Virus record (IMG/VR): IMGVR_UViG_3300047494_000100
Coordinates: 1-64,000 of that record
DNA: 64,000 bases
Reading direction: 5' to 3' (one strand)
Origin: a virus
Every line of letters begins with the position of its first letter. Position 1 is the stretch's first letter. Below the pieces are notes generated by a model. The model did no database searches and was not told where the DNA came from. It was given only the letters and a program-made list of their open reading frames with translations. Made by a program: the position numbers and the translations under genes. This document shows positions 44,310 through 55,411 of this stretch, one piece after another.

Positions 44310-44606
44310 TTATGCGTCTTCGGGAAAAAGCTGCTTTAAAACCTTCGTATATTGTTTCTTTCTACGCTCAAGCAAAGCCAACTTATCAAGTTGTTCTAGA
44401 AGAATTTTAAAACTGAAATTCTTATAACTATCTTCAGCATAAAGGGATTCTTCAACCTTCCCTTCAATGGTGATGATTTCAATATCCAAATCAGAAAGTT
44501 CGGATTCAGCCTGGGCCTTTAAACGGCGAGCACGAGGCGCAGCCATAACTTCTGTTACTTTTTCCTTGGTATAGGCTACGATTTCTTTAAACGGCTTGAG
44601 ATTCAT
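44310..44606 (-). CDS. Hypothetical protein
   Basis: Track ORF. Confidence 0.45.
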   Translation of the reverse strand: MNLKPFKEIVAYTKEKVTEVMAAPRARRLKAQAESELSDLDIEIITIEGKVEESLYAEDSYKNFSFKILLEQLDKLALLERRKKQYTKVLKQLFPEDA

Positions 44607-44842
44607 TTTCTTCCTCCATTAATAAAATTATTGTTTCTTCTGCCATTTGTTTTGAGATGTATGACACATGGTATTTCCGGTTCTCCTCCCGTCATTCATC
44701 CTCCAAAAGCAGAAGTACTTTATTCTCATTGGGTTTTTGAGGCACTTGATTAGAAGCTTGAGCTAAATTGCTACCTAGCAAACCGTAAGGCCATAAGGCT
44801 TGTTGTTGCACATTTTGCTGCGCTATAGCTTGGTTTAAATAA

Positions 44843-45034
44843 TCATTGTAGTTCATTGTGGTCAACCACATCCCTTTCTAAAAGCTTGGCTGCTCTCTCT
44901 AAGTCAACCGCATAAAACCATTGTTCAGTTGCAAGATTTACATCCAGCGTATGAATTGCCGTGGCATGGGCTTTTATGTCAGCAGCTTCTTGTCTAAGGG
45001 CAGTGGCTTTTTCAATATTTGTCATATTGGCCAC
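44843..45034 (-). CDS. Hypothetical protein
   Basis: Track ORF. Confidence 0.4.
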   Translation of the reverse strand: MANMTNIEKATALRQEAADIKAHATAIHTLDVNLATEQWFYAVDLERAAKLLERDVVDHNELQ

Positions 45035-45417
45035 ACATATGCTAGATTATCCGGTTCTTTCCATCCAAACTTCGAATAGTAAGCTGAGTCTTTGCGCAAC
45101 AAATTACTTCTATGGGCAGCGTGAAATTCTTCTTCACCTAGCCAAGAAGGTTGGGCAGCATATAACTCTACAGGTAGCAACTTCATTGTATTTTTATATC
45201 CTCTTCTCACCCACTCGGTAACACAATTATTGTAATAGTGCTTCAGCACATTCTCAAAGCCTTTCCACATTTGTGTAGCGGGGTGGTTATACCAAGCACC
45301 TTTCCGTTCCAGCGCATTAAGTATTTGCATTGCTTCCACTCTTTGTTTTCCTAGTCTTCTATAGTCCAGACACGCAACAGTAGCTTCAAAACTTGGATAA
45401 GGTAGGAATGTTTGCAT
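45022..45417 (-). CDS. Possible pyrimidine-dimer DNA glycosylase-like protein
   Basis: MQTFLPYPSFEATVACLDYRRLGKQRVEAMQIL...WYNHPATQMW resembles my recollection of the Pyr_excise-related family. Confidence 0.35.
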   Translation of the reverse strand: MQTFLPYPSFEATVACLDYRRLGKQRVEAMQILNALERKGAWYNHPATQMWKGFENVLKHYYNNCVTEWVRRGYKNTMKLLPVELYAAQPSWLGEEEFHAAHRSNLLRKDSAYYSKFGWKEPDNLAYVWPI

Positions 45418-45419
45418 GG

Positions 45420-46223
<804 letters not shown>

Positions 46224-46351
46224 TTTCTATATTCCCTTTATTAACATTATAATACTCTTTCCAATCTTCGAAATGACGTCCTAGCACACCATGCTTCTTA
46301 CATTCTTTCTTATAGGCTTCATATTGCTTCACGAGCCTAACATGCTCCGTC

Positions 46352-46594
46352 TTATTCGTAGAATATGTCATAATGTTGACTCCTTTTTGGCAATAAAGTT
46401 TTTCCCGTCTTTTCTCGCACGCGCCAGATTCGTTTCATACCAGCCATTTTTGATAGTACTTCTCCCTTTTCAAAAAGGGCAATATAATGTTGGCTATGTT
46501 TACGGCTTGCTGCGTATTCTTTTGTAAAACTGGTAATTTTATATTTGCGACCTGTACCTGGGTTGAAGCCAGTTTCATCCGGAGAATATGTCAT
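46352..46594 (-). CDS. Hypothetical protein (start ATG 46594)
   Basis: MTYSPDETGFNPGTGRKYK... TAATG overlap with the upstream stop. Confidence 0.4.
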   Translation of the reverse strand: MTYSPDETGFNPGTGRKYKITSFTKEYAASRKHSQHYIALFEKGEVLSKMAGMKRIWRVREKTGKTLLPKRSQHYDIFYE

Positions 46595-46833
46595 TATCTG
46601 ATCTCCTGTATCAGACCGCCACGTGCACCAAGCCTTATAAATGACGCACAAACTGCATCAAAATCCATGTCTCTGTGGTTTACTACGGTAGTAAGTTCAC
46701 CTTTAGTATTGCGACACGATTCAACGCATTTAACATTATCCCAAGATGGGTCGCTTGAAACATCCACAACATCGTAAGTTCCAGCGCGGAAATTTTTGGT
46801 GGTTAACTCGTAATGGGCTTTGCGCTTTTCCAT
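46594..46833 (-). CDS. Hypothetical protein
   Basis: Track ORF. Confidence 0.4.
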   Translation of the reverse strand: MEKRKAHYELTTKNFRAGTYDVVDVSSDPSWDNVKCVESCRNTKGELTTVVNHRDMDFDAVCASFIRLGARGGLIQEIR

Positions 46834-46834
46834 C

Positions 46835-47053
46835 TCAAGCCTCCACTATCTTATAAATCACACCAAAGTGCGTTTTATAAACGGTATTGCCGAATCCAGT
46901 ATCCAGCTTCTCCGGCCCCGTAAAGTCTTCGACATACTGGGGATGGAGAAGTTGGTTTGTGATACTGGATTTACGAACCCGCTGTCCCGCAGCTTTCATT
47001 TCCTTAAACCTAGCATCACGGTTTTCTTTGGATTGGAATAATAGGTTGATCAT
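46835..47053 (-). CDS. Hypothetical protein
   Basis: Track ORF. Confidence 0.4.
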   Translation of the reverse strand: MINLLFQSKENRDARFKEMKAAGQRVRKSSITNQLLHPQYVEDFTGPEKLDTGFGNTVYKTHFGVIYKIVEA

Positions 47054-47065
47054 GTGGGTTCTCCT

Positions 47066-47254
47066 TTATGCTGCTTGTGTGTAGTCAACATTTGCTATGC
47101 TGTTTATAACATAGCCTAAAAGTTCGATTCTACGAACTGTGAAAAGTGTTAGGGTCTTACTCCCAGCAATAGCTGCAAATAACTTAGCCTTTTCGCAAAC
47201 GGGGTAAATCTTTAAGACCCCGTATACATTACGAACTTCGATTGTGATTTCCAT
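47066..47254 (-). CDS. Hypothetical protein
   Basis: Track ORF. AAAGGAGAA upstream. Confidence 0.45.
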   Translation of the reverse strand: MEITIEVRNVYGVLKIYPVCEKAKLFAAIAGSKTLTLFTVRRIELLGYVINSIANVDYTQAA

Positions 47255-47308
47255 GGGTATTCTCCTTTTCTCGATTTCTAAGCCCGATTCCGTCGAACTT
47301 ATTTACCT

Positions 47309-47336
47309 ACTATAGTCCATTCTCAACAAAAGACAA
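47309..47336 (-). promoter_or_regulatory. Promoter TTGTCT-N16-TATAGT
   Basis: On the minus strand: CTTGTCTTTTGTTGAGAATGGACTATAGT. The leader is homologous to the one at 37611-37657. Confidence 0.5.
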
Positions 47337-47413
47337 GTAAAAAGACACCGAGGTTTTGCTAGGGTTGGAGGGTCTAGCACAGATAAAGTGAACTTTTATC
47401 TGTGCTAGACGAA

Positions 47414-49810
47414 CTATTCAAACACACTTTCTGCTGGTTTCATTTCCATTTGATTGCCCTTTTCTAACGGCGGTGGCCACTTGAACGGGCCTCCGTGGTG
47501 GTTGTCCCAATGTTTCCGGCACTCTTCCAATGTAGGAAACATATAAAAATACATCCGACGATTGAGCGTCACAGGTTCTCCGTGATCACCCAATAGCTTT
47601 ATCTGTGCCATGCGTTGATAGGAACGAGGCACCCCACCTGGGCACATGCGTCCGAGGAATTTACCCAAAACAGTAGAGGATGCTTTGCGCATAATACCTG
47701 TTCGCTGCATGAACCCAATGTAGTCGTCTTGAAGAGCGGTCTTCATTATTTCACATTCCCAACAATCATGATCCTTCAAAATTCTTCCCTCTTCAATTTT
47801 CTCGAACCACCATTGTTCCTCGCTGCTCTGCGAGAGCACCTTTTGATCTTGCAGAGCTAAAGTCTGTGGAACTTCACGGACTTCAAAATTGCTTATATCC
47901 CATGTAAGCAACATATGAAGTAGCGCTTCCCTCCCCCCTTTATTCATCTGTTCTTGCAGAGCGTTAAAATACTTCTTATTCTGCATCCTTTCCTTCCCCA
48001 CATCCAACACAAAGAACCTACGTTCATTGCTGCCAGCGGGCACCACCCAGGAGGAGTTGGAGGCCAAAATAATATGCGTATAATTTGGGCAGGATACAAC
48101 ATCAACGCCTTTGGCTTCAATCGCAATTGTGGATTCAGTAACGAGCGACTTCAACACACTCTCATGCTTCTTGTCACCTGCCCAGAAAGCTTCATCACCA
48201 AACAACAATACACAATCGCGGAGATGTGAATTAAAGCTGCCCACGAGATGCTTAGGATCGCTGACCTGTAAGAAGTGCCGACCAAATAGCGCTCCGAAGT
48301 GTTTGCAGAATGCACCCTTTCCTGTTCCCATCTCTCCACGCAGAATAACCGCCACCTCCCCTGGGCAATCGGGCTGTTGTACACAGCGTGCCATCCAACT
48401 AAATATGTAGCGGAAGTGTTCCTCATTTCCGCTACATATATTCTCCTTCACATGTTCTATGAATAAGCTGCAGTCCCCAGGAATAGCCTCACAACTAAAC
48501 CCCTGCCATAAGTTATAAGCTTCCGGTACATCGCGCCCAGGGGCAAACACAATAGTGTCGTACTGTCTTCTCATAGGATGTTCCACCCACCACTTTCCTG
48601 CTGGTTTTTGTACAGGGTTATTATTTTTATCAACCGCTATTTGAACCTTGATGTTCAAATAGCGGTTGATAAAATCCGTAAATGTCTGTGTTGATATTCG
48701 AGTCCGATGAAGCGCGTACTCGAACACTTCACTTATAATGCGGCATTTTCCCCCCACATCACTAATCACAGCATGTTTGCTGTTCAACTTCCGCAATAAC
48801 GGATCAATCGCAAATTCCTTTGCATCCTGAATCTGTTTCGCCGCGTAACGCTCTGGACGTGGTTTGTCTAAAACGGAGGCACTTATAGCATTGTCGCGGT
48901 TCATGATGACTCCCGCGACGGTTTGATCATCCGCTCCGGCCCGTATAAGGGCGCACACTACAGCGAACAAAGCTTCGCTGCGGCTGTTGTATTTATTACC
49001 CACATCACCCTGGGTGATGAGTGTTTTAACATTTTCTGTAAGACGGATGTTTTGAGCTTCAAGCATGTCAATATAACAGGGAGTTATACTCCCTGTTATA
49101 TTGACTTTTTCTCCTCCATCCGCCAACGTTTCCCTTTCTAACTTTTTTGACTGTATTTTCGTCTGGGCTTTTGTGAAATCAGACAGAGCATATTTGTAGT
49201 CATTCCATTCGATGATGGAGGCCAGACAGGGAACTCGACCCTTTTTCTTTTTCACTTCATTGGGGAGATTAATAGTCCCCGGCATCCTGAATATTCTGTC
49301 GCTATTGCTTGTGCGATCTCCGCCCAATAACAACTCCAGTTGCACTGAATAAGCTTCATACTCCAGCGCCATTGCCTCGGTGCCATCGAGCTTTATAGCT
49401 TCTTTCAATAACCAGAAAGCCTGACAACCACTCCCTGAATCCACGATAACGGAGGGGTGTGGTTTAAATTCTTGAAAAGCTTTTAAGATACGGGCTTTTT
49501 CCTGCGTCAGATCTTCACCCACACGAGGATCAGCGTCAACTTGGAAGGCGATGATTTCGGAAATGTCAGTTTTACTTGGTTTACGATCAACAGGGTCTCG
49601 CACCCTGTTGATCGTAAAGTAAAGATTCAATTTCCCATTTCGTTCGTCAATCCAGGATTTCATCATTTCTTGCCCATCAGCAAAAAATGCCCTAGTTTCA
49701 ATCTTTCCGGTTGAGGGAGATATGGCGGTTAGAATCCATGGGCCTGAGGGTGACCATTTATTGAGAAATTCTAACGCAACATCCGTGCGTGTTTCAATCA
49801 TGATTCCCAA
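47414..49810 (-). CDS. Bifunctional primase-polymerase / SF3 helicase (P4/D5-type)
   Basis: 798 aa. N-terminal prim-pol-like DSGSGCQAFW, central D5_N-like region, Walker A GEMGTGKG. Confidence 0.75.
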   Translation of the reverse strand: MGIMIETRTDVALEFLNKWSPSGPWILTAISPSTGKIETRAFFADGQEMMKSWIDERNGKLNLYFTINRVRDPVDRKPSKTDISEIIAFQVDADPRVGEDLTQEKARILKAFQEFKPHPSVIVDSGSGCQAFWLLKEAIKLDGTEAMALEYEAYSVQLELLLGGDRTSNSDRIFRMPGTINLPNEVKKKKGRVPCLASIIEWNDYKYALSDFTKAQTKIQSKKLERETLADGGEKVNITGSITPCYIDMLEAQNIRLTENVKTLITQGDVGNKYNSRSEALFAVVCALIRAGADDQTVAGVIMNRDNAISASVLDKPRPERYAAKQIQDAKEFAIDPLLRKLNSKHAVISDVGGKCRIISEVFEYALHRTRISTQTFTDFINRYLNIKVQIAVDKNNNPVQKPAGKWWVEHPMRRQYDTIVFAPGRDVPEAYNLWQGFSCEAIPGDCSLFIEHVKENICSGNEEHFRYIFSWMARCVQQPDCPGEVAVILRGEMGTGKGAFCKHFGALFGRHFLQVSDPKHLVGSFNSHLRDCVLLFGDEAFWAGDKKHESVLKSLVTESTIAIEAKGVDVVSCPNYTHIILASNSSWVVPAGSNERRFFVLDVGKERMQNKKYFNALQEQMNKGGREALLHMLLTWDISNFEVREVPQTLALQDQKVLSQSSEEQWWFEKIEEGRILKDHDCWECEIMKTALQDDYIGFMQRTGIMRKASSTVLGKFLGRMCPGGVPRSYQRMAQIKLLGDHGEPVTLNRRMYFYMFPTLEECRKHWDNHHGGPFKWPPPLEKGNQMEMKPAESVFE

Positions 49811-50178
49811 TAATTACATAATGCTGTGCAGTCAATTTTTCCCGTTTCCATTTGCCGCATCCAATCTCGACAAATTCCCATCTCTAGCGCCACCTGGGCT
49901 TGTGTCATTTTGCAGCGTCTTCGATAGAGAAAACATTGCTCATGGGCAAATAGATATTTCCATTCGAATTCATCAAATGTTCTATGAATAATATGTTTTG
50001 GTAATTGGAGCTGCCCATACTCCATTAATTTATAATCGAAGGAAGGAACTTTAAACTGCTTCGCTGCCTTTTCCTGCGTTATTTTATTGCGCCTCCGCCA
50101 TAACAGAAGCTTTTCAGGCAACGTTACGAAGATGTCAAGATCTGCCTTAGTTCTGCGTGGTTTAGTTTTTTGTACCAT
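49798..50178 (-). CDS. Protein with two XRE-type HTH modules
   Basis: RRNKITQEKAAKQFKV and RRCKMTQAQVALEMGI. Confidence 0.45.
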   Translation of the reverse strand: MVQKTKPRRTKADLDIFVTLPEKLLLWRRRNKITQEKAAKQFKVPSFDYKLMEYGQLQLPKHIIHRTFDEFEWKYLFAHEQCFLYRRRCKMTQAQVALEMGICRDWMRQMETGKIDCTALCNYWES

Positions 50179-50525
50179 GTTTTTATTGCTACCTTTCGTA
50201 GTTCCTCGAGTGTTACTTTGTTCAAGTGTTCAGCAGCACAAGCCCCGCTCAACACCATCCACCATACTCCAACCTTTAGTAATAAGAATATCTTTCCTTT
50301 AGCATGATGCCTCCGTATCGCCCAGGTTCGCTGTTCTGTAGTGTAGTGGTCTATCATGAGAATAGTCTCTGGGTTTTTAGGAGCTTTTCGCACCCATTTC
50401 AACTCTACCCAGCCCTCCACATAATTGACATCCGGCACACCTTTCTCGAGTTTGTTCTCAATCCTGACGGGATCCAGGCCACGCAACGCTTGCCTGACCG
50501 TTCCCCACATTGAGGATTCGCTCAT
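50124..50525 (-). CDS. VRR-NUC / PD-(D/E)xK nuclease-like protein
   Basis: GVPDVNYVEGWVELKWV plus TTEQRTW. Confidence 0.45.
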   Translation of the reverse strand: MSESSMWGTVRQALRGLDPVRIENKLEKGVPDVNYVEGWVELKWVRKAPKNPETILMIDHYTTEQRTWAIRRHHAKGKIFLLLKVGVWWMVLSGACAAEHLNKVTLEELRKVAIKTWYKKLNHAELRQILTSS

Positions 50526-50824
50526 AGTTGGGCATACCTGGCTTCATAGCGTTTGATCAATACTCCATTTTCGAAATATGTTTTTATAAGCTTTGGTCTC
50601 CAATTGTGTTCACTTACCTGTTCTAATTTAAATTTAACGTCGTGCTTGTTTGCCTTTGCATAAAACTTTGGATTAATCCCATGGCGCGTTAAAAACTTTC
50701 GCACACAGGAGTCTCCCCCTTTTCTCTTATACCCAAATATTAAAGCGACTTGTACAAAGGTGTGATTTTCTAAAAGGGCGAGGACTTTGGCTAGGTCTGC
50801 TTCTTTTAGAAAAGAGCTATTCAT
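50522..50824 (-). CDS. Hypothetical protein
   Basis: Track ORF. Confidence 0.45.
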   Translation of the reverse strand: MNSSFLKEADLAKVLALLENHTFVQVALIFGYKRKGGDSCVRKFLTRHGINPKFYAKANKHDVKFKLEQVSEHNWRPKLIKTYFENGVLIKRYEARYAQL

Positions 50825-51144
50825 TTTACACCACCGCTTTTGCAGGCGATGTATTCGAACTTTCCTCTATCGCTCACACGTTTCTGAAATAGTGTGACAG
50901 ATCCTTTCTCGTATGCCCCTTTGGCGATCTTCGCTACTTTAACACCGCCTATATGTTCTCCGATGTGGTACACATAGCGTTCTCCTGGGATAGCTTGGCT
51001 CAGCCAATTGTAGAACTGTTCACAGTCAGCCTCTGCTTTTTTAGCACTCTCCGCGTGTTCTTTTTTCTTATTCTCCCAGGCTTCTACTTTTCCAGCTTGT
51101 TGTTTTTTCCATTTGTCCAAAATGGTTTCATTCTCTATAAGCAT
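50821..51144 (-). CDS. Hypothetical protein
   Basis: Track ORF. Confidence 0.45.
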   Translation of the reverse strand: MLIENETILDKWKKQQAGKVEAWENKKKEHAESAKKAEADCEQFYNWLSQAIPGERYVYHIGEHIGGVKVAKIAKGAYEKGSVTLFQKRVSDRGKFEYIACKSGGVK

Positions 51145-51445
51145 GTCTTCTCAATAGCTCCTTCTCTTTTTTGGCGCGTCTGTAATTAATGTATATGCTT
51201 TTGTCTTTAAAAACTACTGCTTCGGCTGCCTTACAATCATCTTCAGATTCAAAGTATTCATACACCGTATTTCCATTTTCTTCCTCATAAGAAAAACTAA
51301 AGGCTAGATAACCACAATCCTTTGGCAAGTTTTTCTGCATATAGTAATGGTCTTGAGCCAAGATTTGTCGAAAATGAGGAGAACGAGTCTCCAGTTTGCT
51401 GTAGATCTTGCGGCAACGATAGTATTCTACTGTTGTTCTGGGCAT
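51128..51445 (-). CDS. Hypothetical protein
   Basis: Track ORF. Confidence 0.45.
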   Translation of the reverse strand: MPRTTVEYYRCRKIYSKLETRSPHFRQILAQDHYYMQKNLPKDCGYLAFSFSYEEENGNTVYEYFESEDDCKAAEAVVFKDKSIYINYRRAKKEKELLRRHAYRE

Positions 51446-51651
51446 TTTTCCAAAAGTTTCGTAAGTAAATGATCAATTTCATATATACGTTTTTGAAGTT
51501 CACTTGCTCTTATATCATACTGCATTGCTTCCGGCATAGGTCTACTAAGCGCATCAGTTTGGGCCACGCGACAAGCTTGCACATAGTCTGCGTAGATAGC
51601 TGTGAGTAGAGTGATGATCTCATCATTCATCTTACTACATTCCTTGTGCAA
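51427..51651 (-). CDS. Hypothetical protein
   Basis: Track ORF. Confidence 0.4.
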   Translation of the reverse strand: MHKECSKMNDEIITLLTAIYADYVQACRVAQTDALSRPMPEAMQYDIRASELQKRIYEIDHLLTKLLEKCPEQQ

Positions 51652-51818
51652 AGCATTTTACAAAGTGGACAATCAATTTGCAGGTAATCCCCATCACGCG
51701 GATCATAGATAAGTTCAGCTTCTCGATCCTCAAAGGTAAATTCAGTTCTACAGTTGCGACATGCACATCCGTAAACAGATTGAGCGGGTATCTTTCCCTC
51801 TTTGATGATTTTAACCAT
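51627..51818 (-). CDS. Zinc-ribbon protein
   Basis: CACRNC...CPLC. Confidence 0.45.
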   Translation of the reverse strand: MVKIIKEGKIPAQSVYGCACRNCRTEFTFEDREAELIYDPRDGDYLQIDCPLCKMLCTRNVVR

Positions 51819-51868
51819 TTACATTAATCCACACATAGGTGAGAATAAACCTTCCATCCGCACCCCTT

Positions 51869-52042
51869 TTATAAATTGGATTCCACATTTTCATCCTCAC
51901 CCTTCCGCGCCAATGCAGAACACATATCAGCTAAGGACAACATAATAACTTCTAGTTTTTTACTATCCGATATATGCTCTCCTATGAGACAAGCATAAAG
52001 ATTGTTTCTTGTTGCCATTAGCAATTTGCAATTAATTTCCAT
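51869..52042 (-). CDS. Small hypothetical protein (start ATG 52042)
   Basis: MEINCKLLMATRNNLY... Confidence 0.35.
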   Translation of the reverse strand: MEINCKLLMATRNNLYACLIGEHISDSKKLEVIMLSLADMCSALARKGEDENVESNL

Positions 52043-52376
52043 TGTTGCGCTTTTCCAAAATAAGCTGCTTTGTACTTTCGCCACCTATCAATAAAAGAAT
52101 TTCATCTTCTTCCTGTGCAGTAATCTTTACACAATTTCCTAAATACTCGTCTGTGGGTTCCGCGTCTTCAAGTTCATAAACAGGCACACCATTTTCATAT
52201 CTGTCATACATCATTTCGAGCGCTTTGCGCAACTCGTGTGTTTCCCACTCTTCCTTAGTAGGTTGGTGCTCGTCAGCAGGATTAAATTCAGGGCCACTCA
52301 TAATTTCATCCAATATAAGTAAGTTATAAGTATTCCACAATCTACTTTGCTTCGCCCCAGGATTTGCCGATGGCAA
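52032..52376 (-). CDS. Acidic hypothetical protein (possibly starting at ATG 52301)
   Basis: Track ORF. The upstream part overlaps the polymerase 3' end. Confidence 0.4.
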   Translation of the reverse strand: MPSANPGAKQSRLWNTYNLLILDEIMSGPEFNPADEHQPTKEEWETHELRKALEMMYDRYENGVPVYELEDAEPTDEYLGNCVKITAQEEDEILLLIGGESTKQLILEKRNNGN

Positions 52377-54357
52377 TATCTACTTTACTGGGTACACAGA
52401 GACTGTAGCAATCGACCATCACTTTACCGAGTCTTTCAGCTTCAGCCATGTCCGCAACATTCGCGATCAATTCGTCGTGAACCTGGAGCAGCATATCAAA
52501 TCCGGCTTTGTCTGCCGCGATCATGGAACTTTTTGTTTGATCTGCTGAATCGCCCTGTATAAGACGATTGAGACTTTTATACGCCCAGTCTACATTACCC
52601 ATGGCATCCCGAGGGAAACGGCACTTGCGTCCCGCCCCTGTGCGAACATAGCCGTTCTTTGTGGCTGCCCTTTCGCAAACCTTACTGAGTGCACGAACAA
52701 ATGGAGCACCAGCGTCGAATTTATCTAGCAGTCTTTGGCCTTCTTCTCCAGCGGATTCAAAGATTCTTCCACCCTGAGTTACACAGACTTTACCTTCTTC
52801 ACTTTCTGCGGGTACTAAGCGTCCAGTAGTGCGATCACGCACCGCCATCATTGTGGGCAAGCCTAGGGTTTTACAGAGTTTTGCGCCGCCCATTCCATAG
52901 CAAAGTCCCAGAAATATGTCTTTGGCTTGCTTACGCTCCACTGGAGTTGCTGGGCGACCTTGGATAATATCCGCAAAAATTTGGTGTGGGTCGATAGAAA
53001 GTTCTTGCCGATAGCGTTCTGCCATTTCCTTGGCTTTTTCTGAAGCATCCACCCAGCGATAGTTTCCGTCAACTAAAACCTTAACACTTCCTAACTTTGT
53101 GATTGCCGCATAATGGATAGTGTGGCGAGGTTCCTGGGAACTAAAGTCTGCTGAGCATAAATATTGTCCTTCTTCAGCAACATAAATACTTTTCCACAGT
53201 GGTCCAATTTCGGGATCGTTCGATGGCTGCTGTTGCATGTTGGGGTTTTGTGAACTGCACCGCCCATAGCGGGCACCCTCACCTTCGCCGTCTTCATCGC
53301 CGTCATCTGATTTGCGTAACTGGTTGATAACACAATGTATTTTGCCGTTTGTGAGATGATCTCGGATTGATTGTGCAAACGTGGTGCGCACTTTATTTAC
53401 TCGCCGAGCGCGGTTGATAGCGGCTGCAACGGGGTGGTTGATACTTTTTAGAAAAGCTTTGTCAATTGAAGGCTTCTTGGTCTTTGGTGTTAATGGAATC
53501 TTAATTCCTATTGACACCAAAGCTTGAACTAGGGCAGTAGCCTGCCAAACACTGTTAAACGGGATAGCTACTCCGGTCAGATGCTTTATCTCCTCCAGTG
53601 CCTTCCGCTCTTCGGCTGCTGACCATTTTTCGACTTCGCTGAGACGGTCTAAGTCAACGCGGATTCCCCGGCGACGCATTTTTACCAACACCGGAAGTAA
53701 TTCACTTTCGGTGTTGAAAATTTTCCAAAGATCTTGTGCTTCTATTTCCTTTTCCTGCCGCCTGAGAGCTAGCAGGGGAAGGTTTGCGTCATCTTCCGCA
53801 TAAGCCCCAACAAACTGCCCAGGGATTAGGTGCAGCCCTTTCTTTGGGTCAACCTTATAAGCGTTTGCGGCTTCACGGAGTAAGCCTTCGTTTTTTCCTA
53901 CTCCTAAGTATTTTTGGCAAATACTCTCTAAGCTGAAGGACATTTGGAGTTCGTCAATTAAGGCTTCCGCAACTTGAACATCACGGAAGGCTTTTAGCTG
54001 AGGAAAGAATATATTTTCTTCAGCTAAAAAATCCAAGTCATACGACAAATTCGCCCCAACTATCTCTCCTGTGAACCCTGCGCATTGTTCACGTAAATAA
54101 CCCATTGCAGCGCCGACATCCTCTACATTTCCTCCACCATAGTGCCTGAGCGGAATGTAATACTTTGGCCCGTCTTCTATTGCGAAGCTATAGCCCACAA
54201 TATATGCGCCGCGCCTTACTCCTGGGCCAAGTGTCTTGAGGGTGGGGTCACAAGTCTCCGTGTCTATCGCGACACGTTTCGCAGCAGACCAACTAGGCAA
54301 CTCAGAAATCTTTGGCGGCGTCCAGGTGCTGTTGGGAGTGAGGAGAGGGAGTTGCAT
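52342..54357 (-). CDS. DNA polymerase, family A, with 3'-5' exonuclease domain
   Basis: Exo I AIDTETCD; motif A SADFSSQEPR; motif B RKQAKDIFLGLCYGMG; motif C LLQVHDELI. Confidence 0.9.
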   Translation of the reverse strand: MQLPLLTPNSTWTPPKISELPSWSAAKRVAIDTETCDPTLKTLGPGVRRGAYIVGYSFAIEDGPKYYIPLRHYGGGNVEDVGAAMGYLREQCAGFTGEIVGANLSYDLDFLAEENIFFPQLKAFRDVQVAEALIDELQMSFSLESICQKYLGVGKNEGLLREAANAYKVDPKKGLHLIPGQFVGAYAEDDANLPLLALRRQEKEIEAQDLWKIFNTESELLPVLVKMRRRGIRVDLDRLSEVEKWSAAEERKALEEIKHLTGVAIPFNSVWQATALVQALVSIGIKIPLTPKTKKPSIDKAFLKSINHPVAAAINRARRVNKVRTTFAQSIRDHLTNGKIHCVINQLRKSDDGDEDGEGEGARYGRCSSQNPNMQQQPSNDPEIGPLWKSIYVAEEGQYLCSADFSSQEPRHTIHYAAITKLGSVKVLVDGNYRWVDASEKAKEMAERYRQELSIDPHQIFADIIQGRPATPVERKQAKDIFLGLCYGMGGAKLCKTLGLPTMMAVRDRTTGRLVPAESEEGKVCVTQGGRIFESAGEEGQRLLDKFDAGAPFVRALSKVCERAATKNGYVRTGAGRKCRFPRDAMGNVDWAYKSLNRLIQGDSADQTKSSMIAADKAGFDMLLQVHDELIANVADMAEAERLGKVMVDCYSLCVPSKVDIAIGKSWGEAK

Positions 54358-54473
54358 CGTTCTAGTTCTCTATAAAATTCTCGATAGCGAGGATAATAGT
54401 TCCCATCTTGTGATTTGTAAAAACAATGCTCCCAAAAATCTTCTTTAAAGTTCTTTATTTGGGTCATAGCCAA
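54264..54473 (-). CDS. Questionable small ORF overlapping the polymerase start by ~94 nt
   Basis: Track ORF only. Confidence 0.2.
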   Translation of the reverse strand: MAMTQIKNFKEDFWEHCFYKSQDGNYYPRYREFYRELERCNSLSSLPTAPGRRQRFLSCLVGLLRNVSR

Positions 54474-54873
54474 AGGGATGTGGGTGGTTTATTTTATCAT
54501 CTGGAGAAGGGATGCCAGCAAATACTTTTTCATAAGCAGCTTTGTATTTTTCTTGAAGCTTTTTATCTTCGATGCTGTACTCAACACCAAATAATGTCGC
54601 AGACGGAGGTGTTCTTCCCTTTAATCCATGCACAACCTCTTTTGTGATTTCTGCTAAAGACTTATTTCTTTTACGTGATTCCAATTCAATATACTTCTCC
54701 AAAAAATGCTTTGCCTTCTCCAGATCCTCCACACCGTTCTTGTCCTTCCAACGGCAGACATATTTTGTAATTTGACCTTGGAAGTAATCTAGATTCTGAG
54801 CATCCACAAAATCCCAATGTTGAAATCCTTTTCCGTAGTGCTTTCCGCCGACCTGTCGTTCATTTGCACTCAT
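54445..54873 (-). CDS. DUF3310-family protein
   Basis: RQVGGKHYGKGFQHWDFVDAQNLDYFQGQITKYVCRWKDKNGVEDLEKAKHFLEKYIE fits the DUF3310 pattern. Confidence 0.65.
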   Translation of the reverse strand: MSANERQVGGKHYGKGFQHWDFVDAQNLDYFQGQITKYVCRWKDKNGVEDLEKAKHFLEKYIELESRKRNKSLAEITKEVVHGLKGRTPPSATLFGVEYSIEDKKLQEKYKAAYEKVFAGIPSPDDKINHPHPFGYDPNKEL

Positions 54874-55411
54874 TTTTTCCTCCTAAGAATTCATCTGCAT
54901 CTGGCAACCGTTCCCAATTAAAAGTCTCAAAAAATTCTACTATAGGTTGTGGTAACTTACCTTCATCTCTTCGTTTTGTGAGTTCAGTAAGCATTTTGCG
55001 TAGCACGTTTAAGATTATCCGATTTCCCATCTGCCCCTGCTCCACCACCCAGAGGAATAGTTCCATATAGTCACAGGCTTTCAACCATTGATATTCTTCC
55101 TCCGTTAAGTCATCTTGTAGGATATCTAATTGTGTTTCTGCCTTTGCTGCTAATATGTCTACACTTTCCCTTAATTGGGTGGACAACCCCAAGGCTGGGC
55201 TGGGTAAATCCCCCGTCCACCTCTCGTGGACATCATGCCAGAGTGCTGCTTCAATCAACGCTTTACTTGGGTTAGGGTGTAGAACTAATAGAAGGCTGGC
55301 CACACCATACCCATGCATGGCGTTATTGTATTCGCCCACATACATTAAGGTGTGGCAGCGTTTAACATACCCACCTTCACGGAGTCCGAGGATCTTTTGC
55401 ACGATACTCAT
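54860..55411 (-). CDS. HD-domain phosphohydrolase (YfbR-like 5'-deoxynucleotidase)
   Basis: H...HGYGVASL...ALWHDVHERWTGDLPSP. Confidence 0.65.
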   Translation of the reverse strand: MSIVQKILGLREGGYVKRCHTLMYVGEYNNAMHGYGVASLLLVLHPNPSKALIEAALWHDVHERWTGDLPSPALGLSTQLRESVDILAAKAETQLDILQDDLTEEEYQWLKACDYMELFLWVVEQGQMGNRIILNVLRKMLTELTKRRDEGKLPQPIVEFFETFNWERLPDADEFLGGKNECK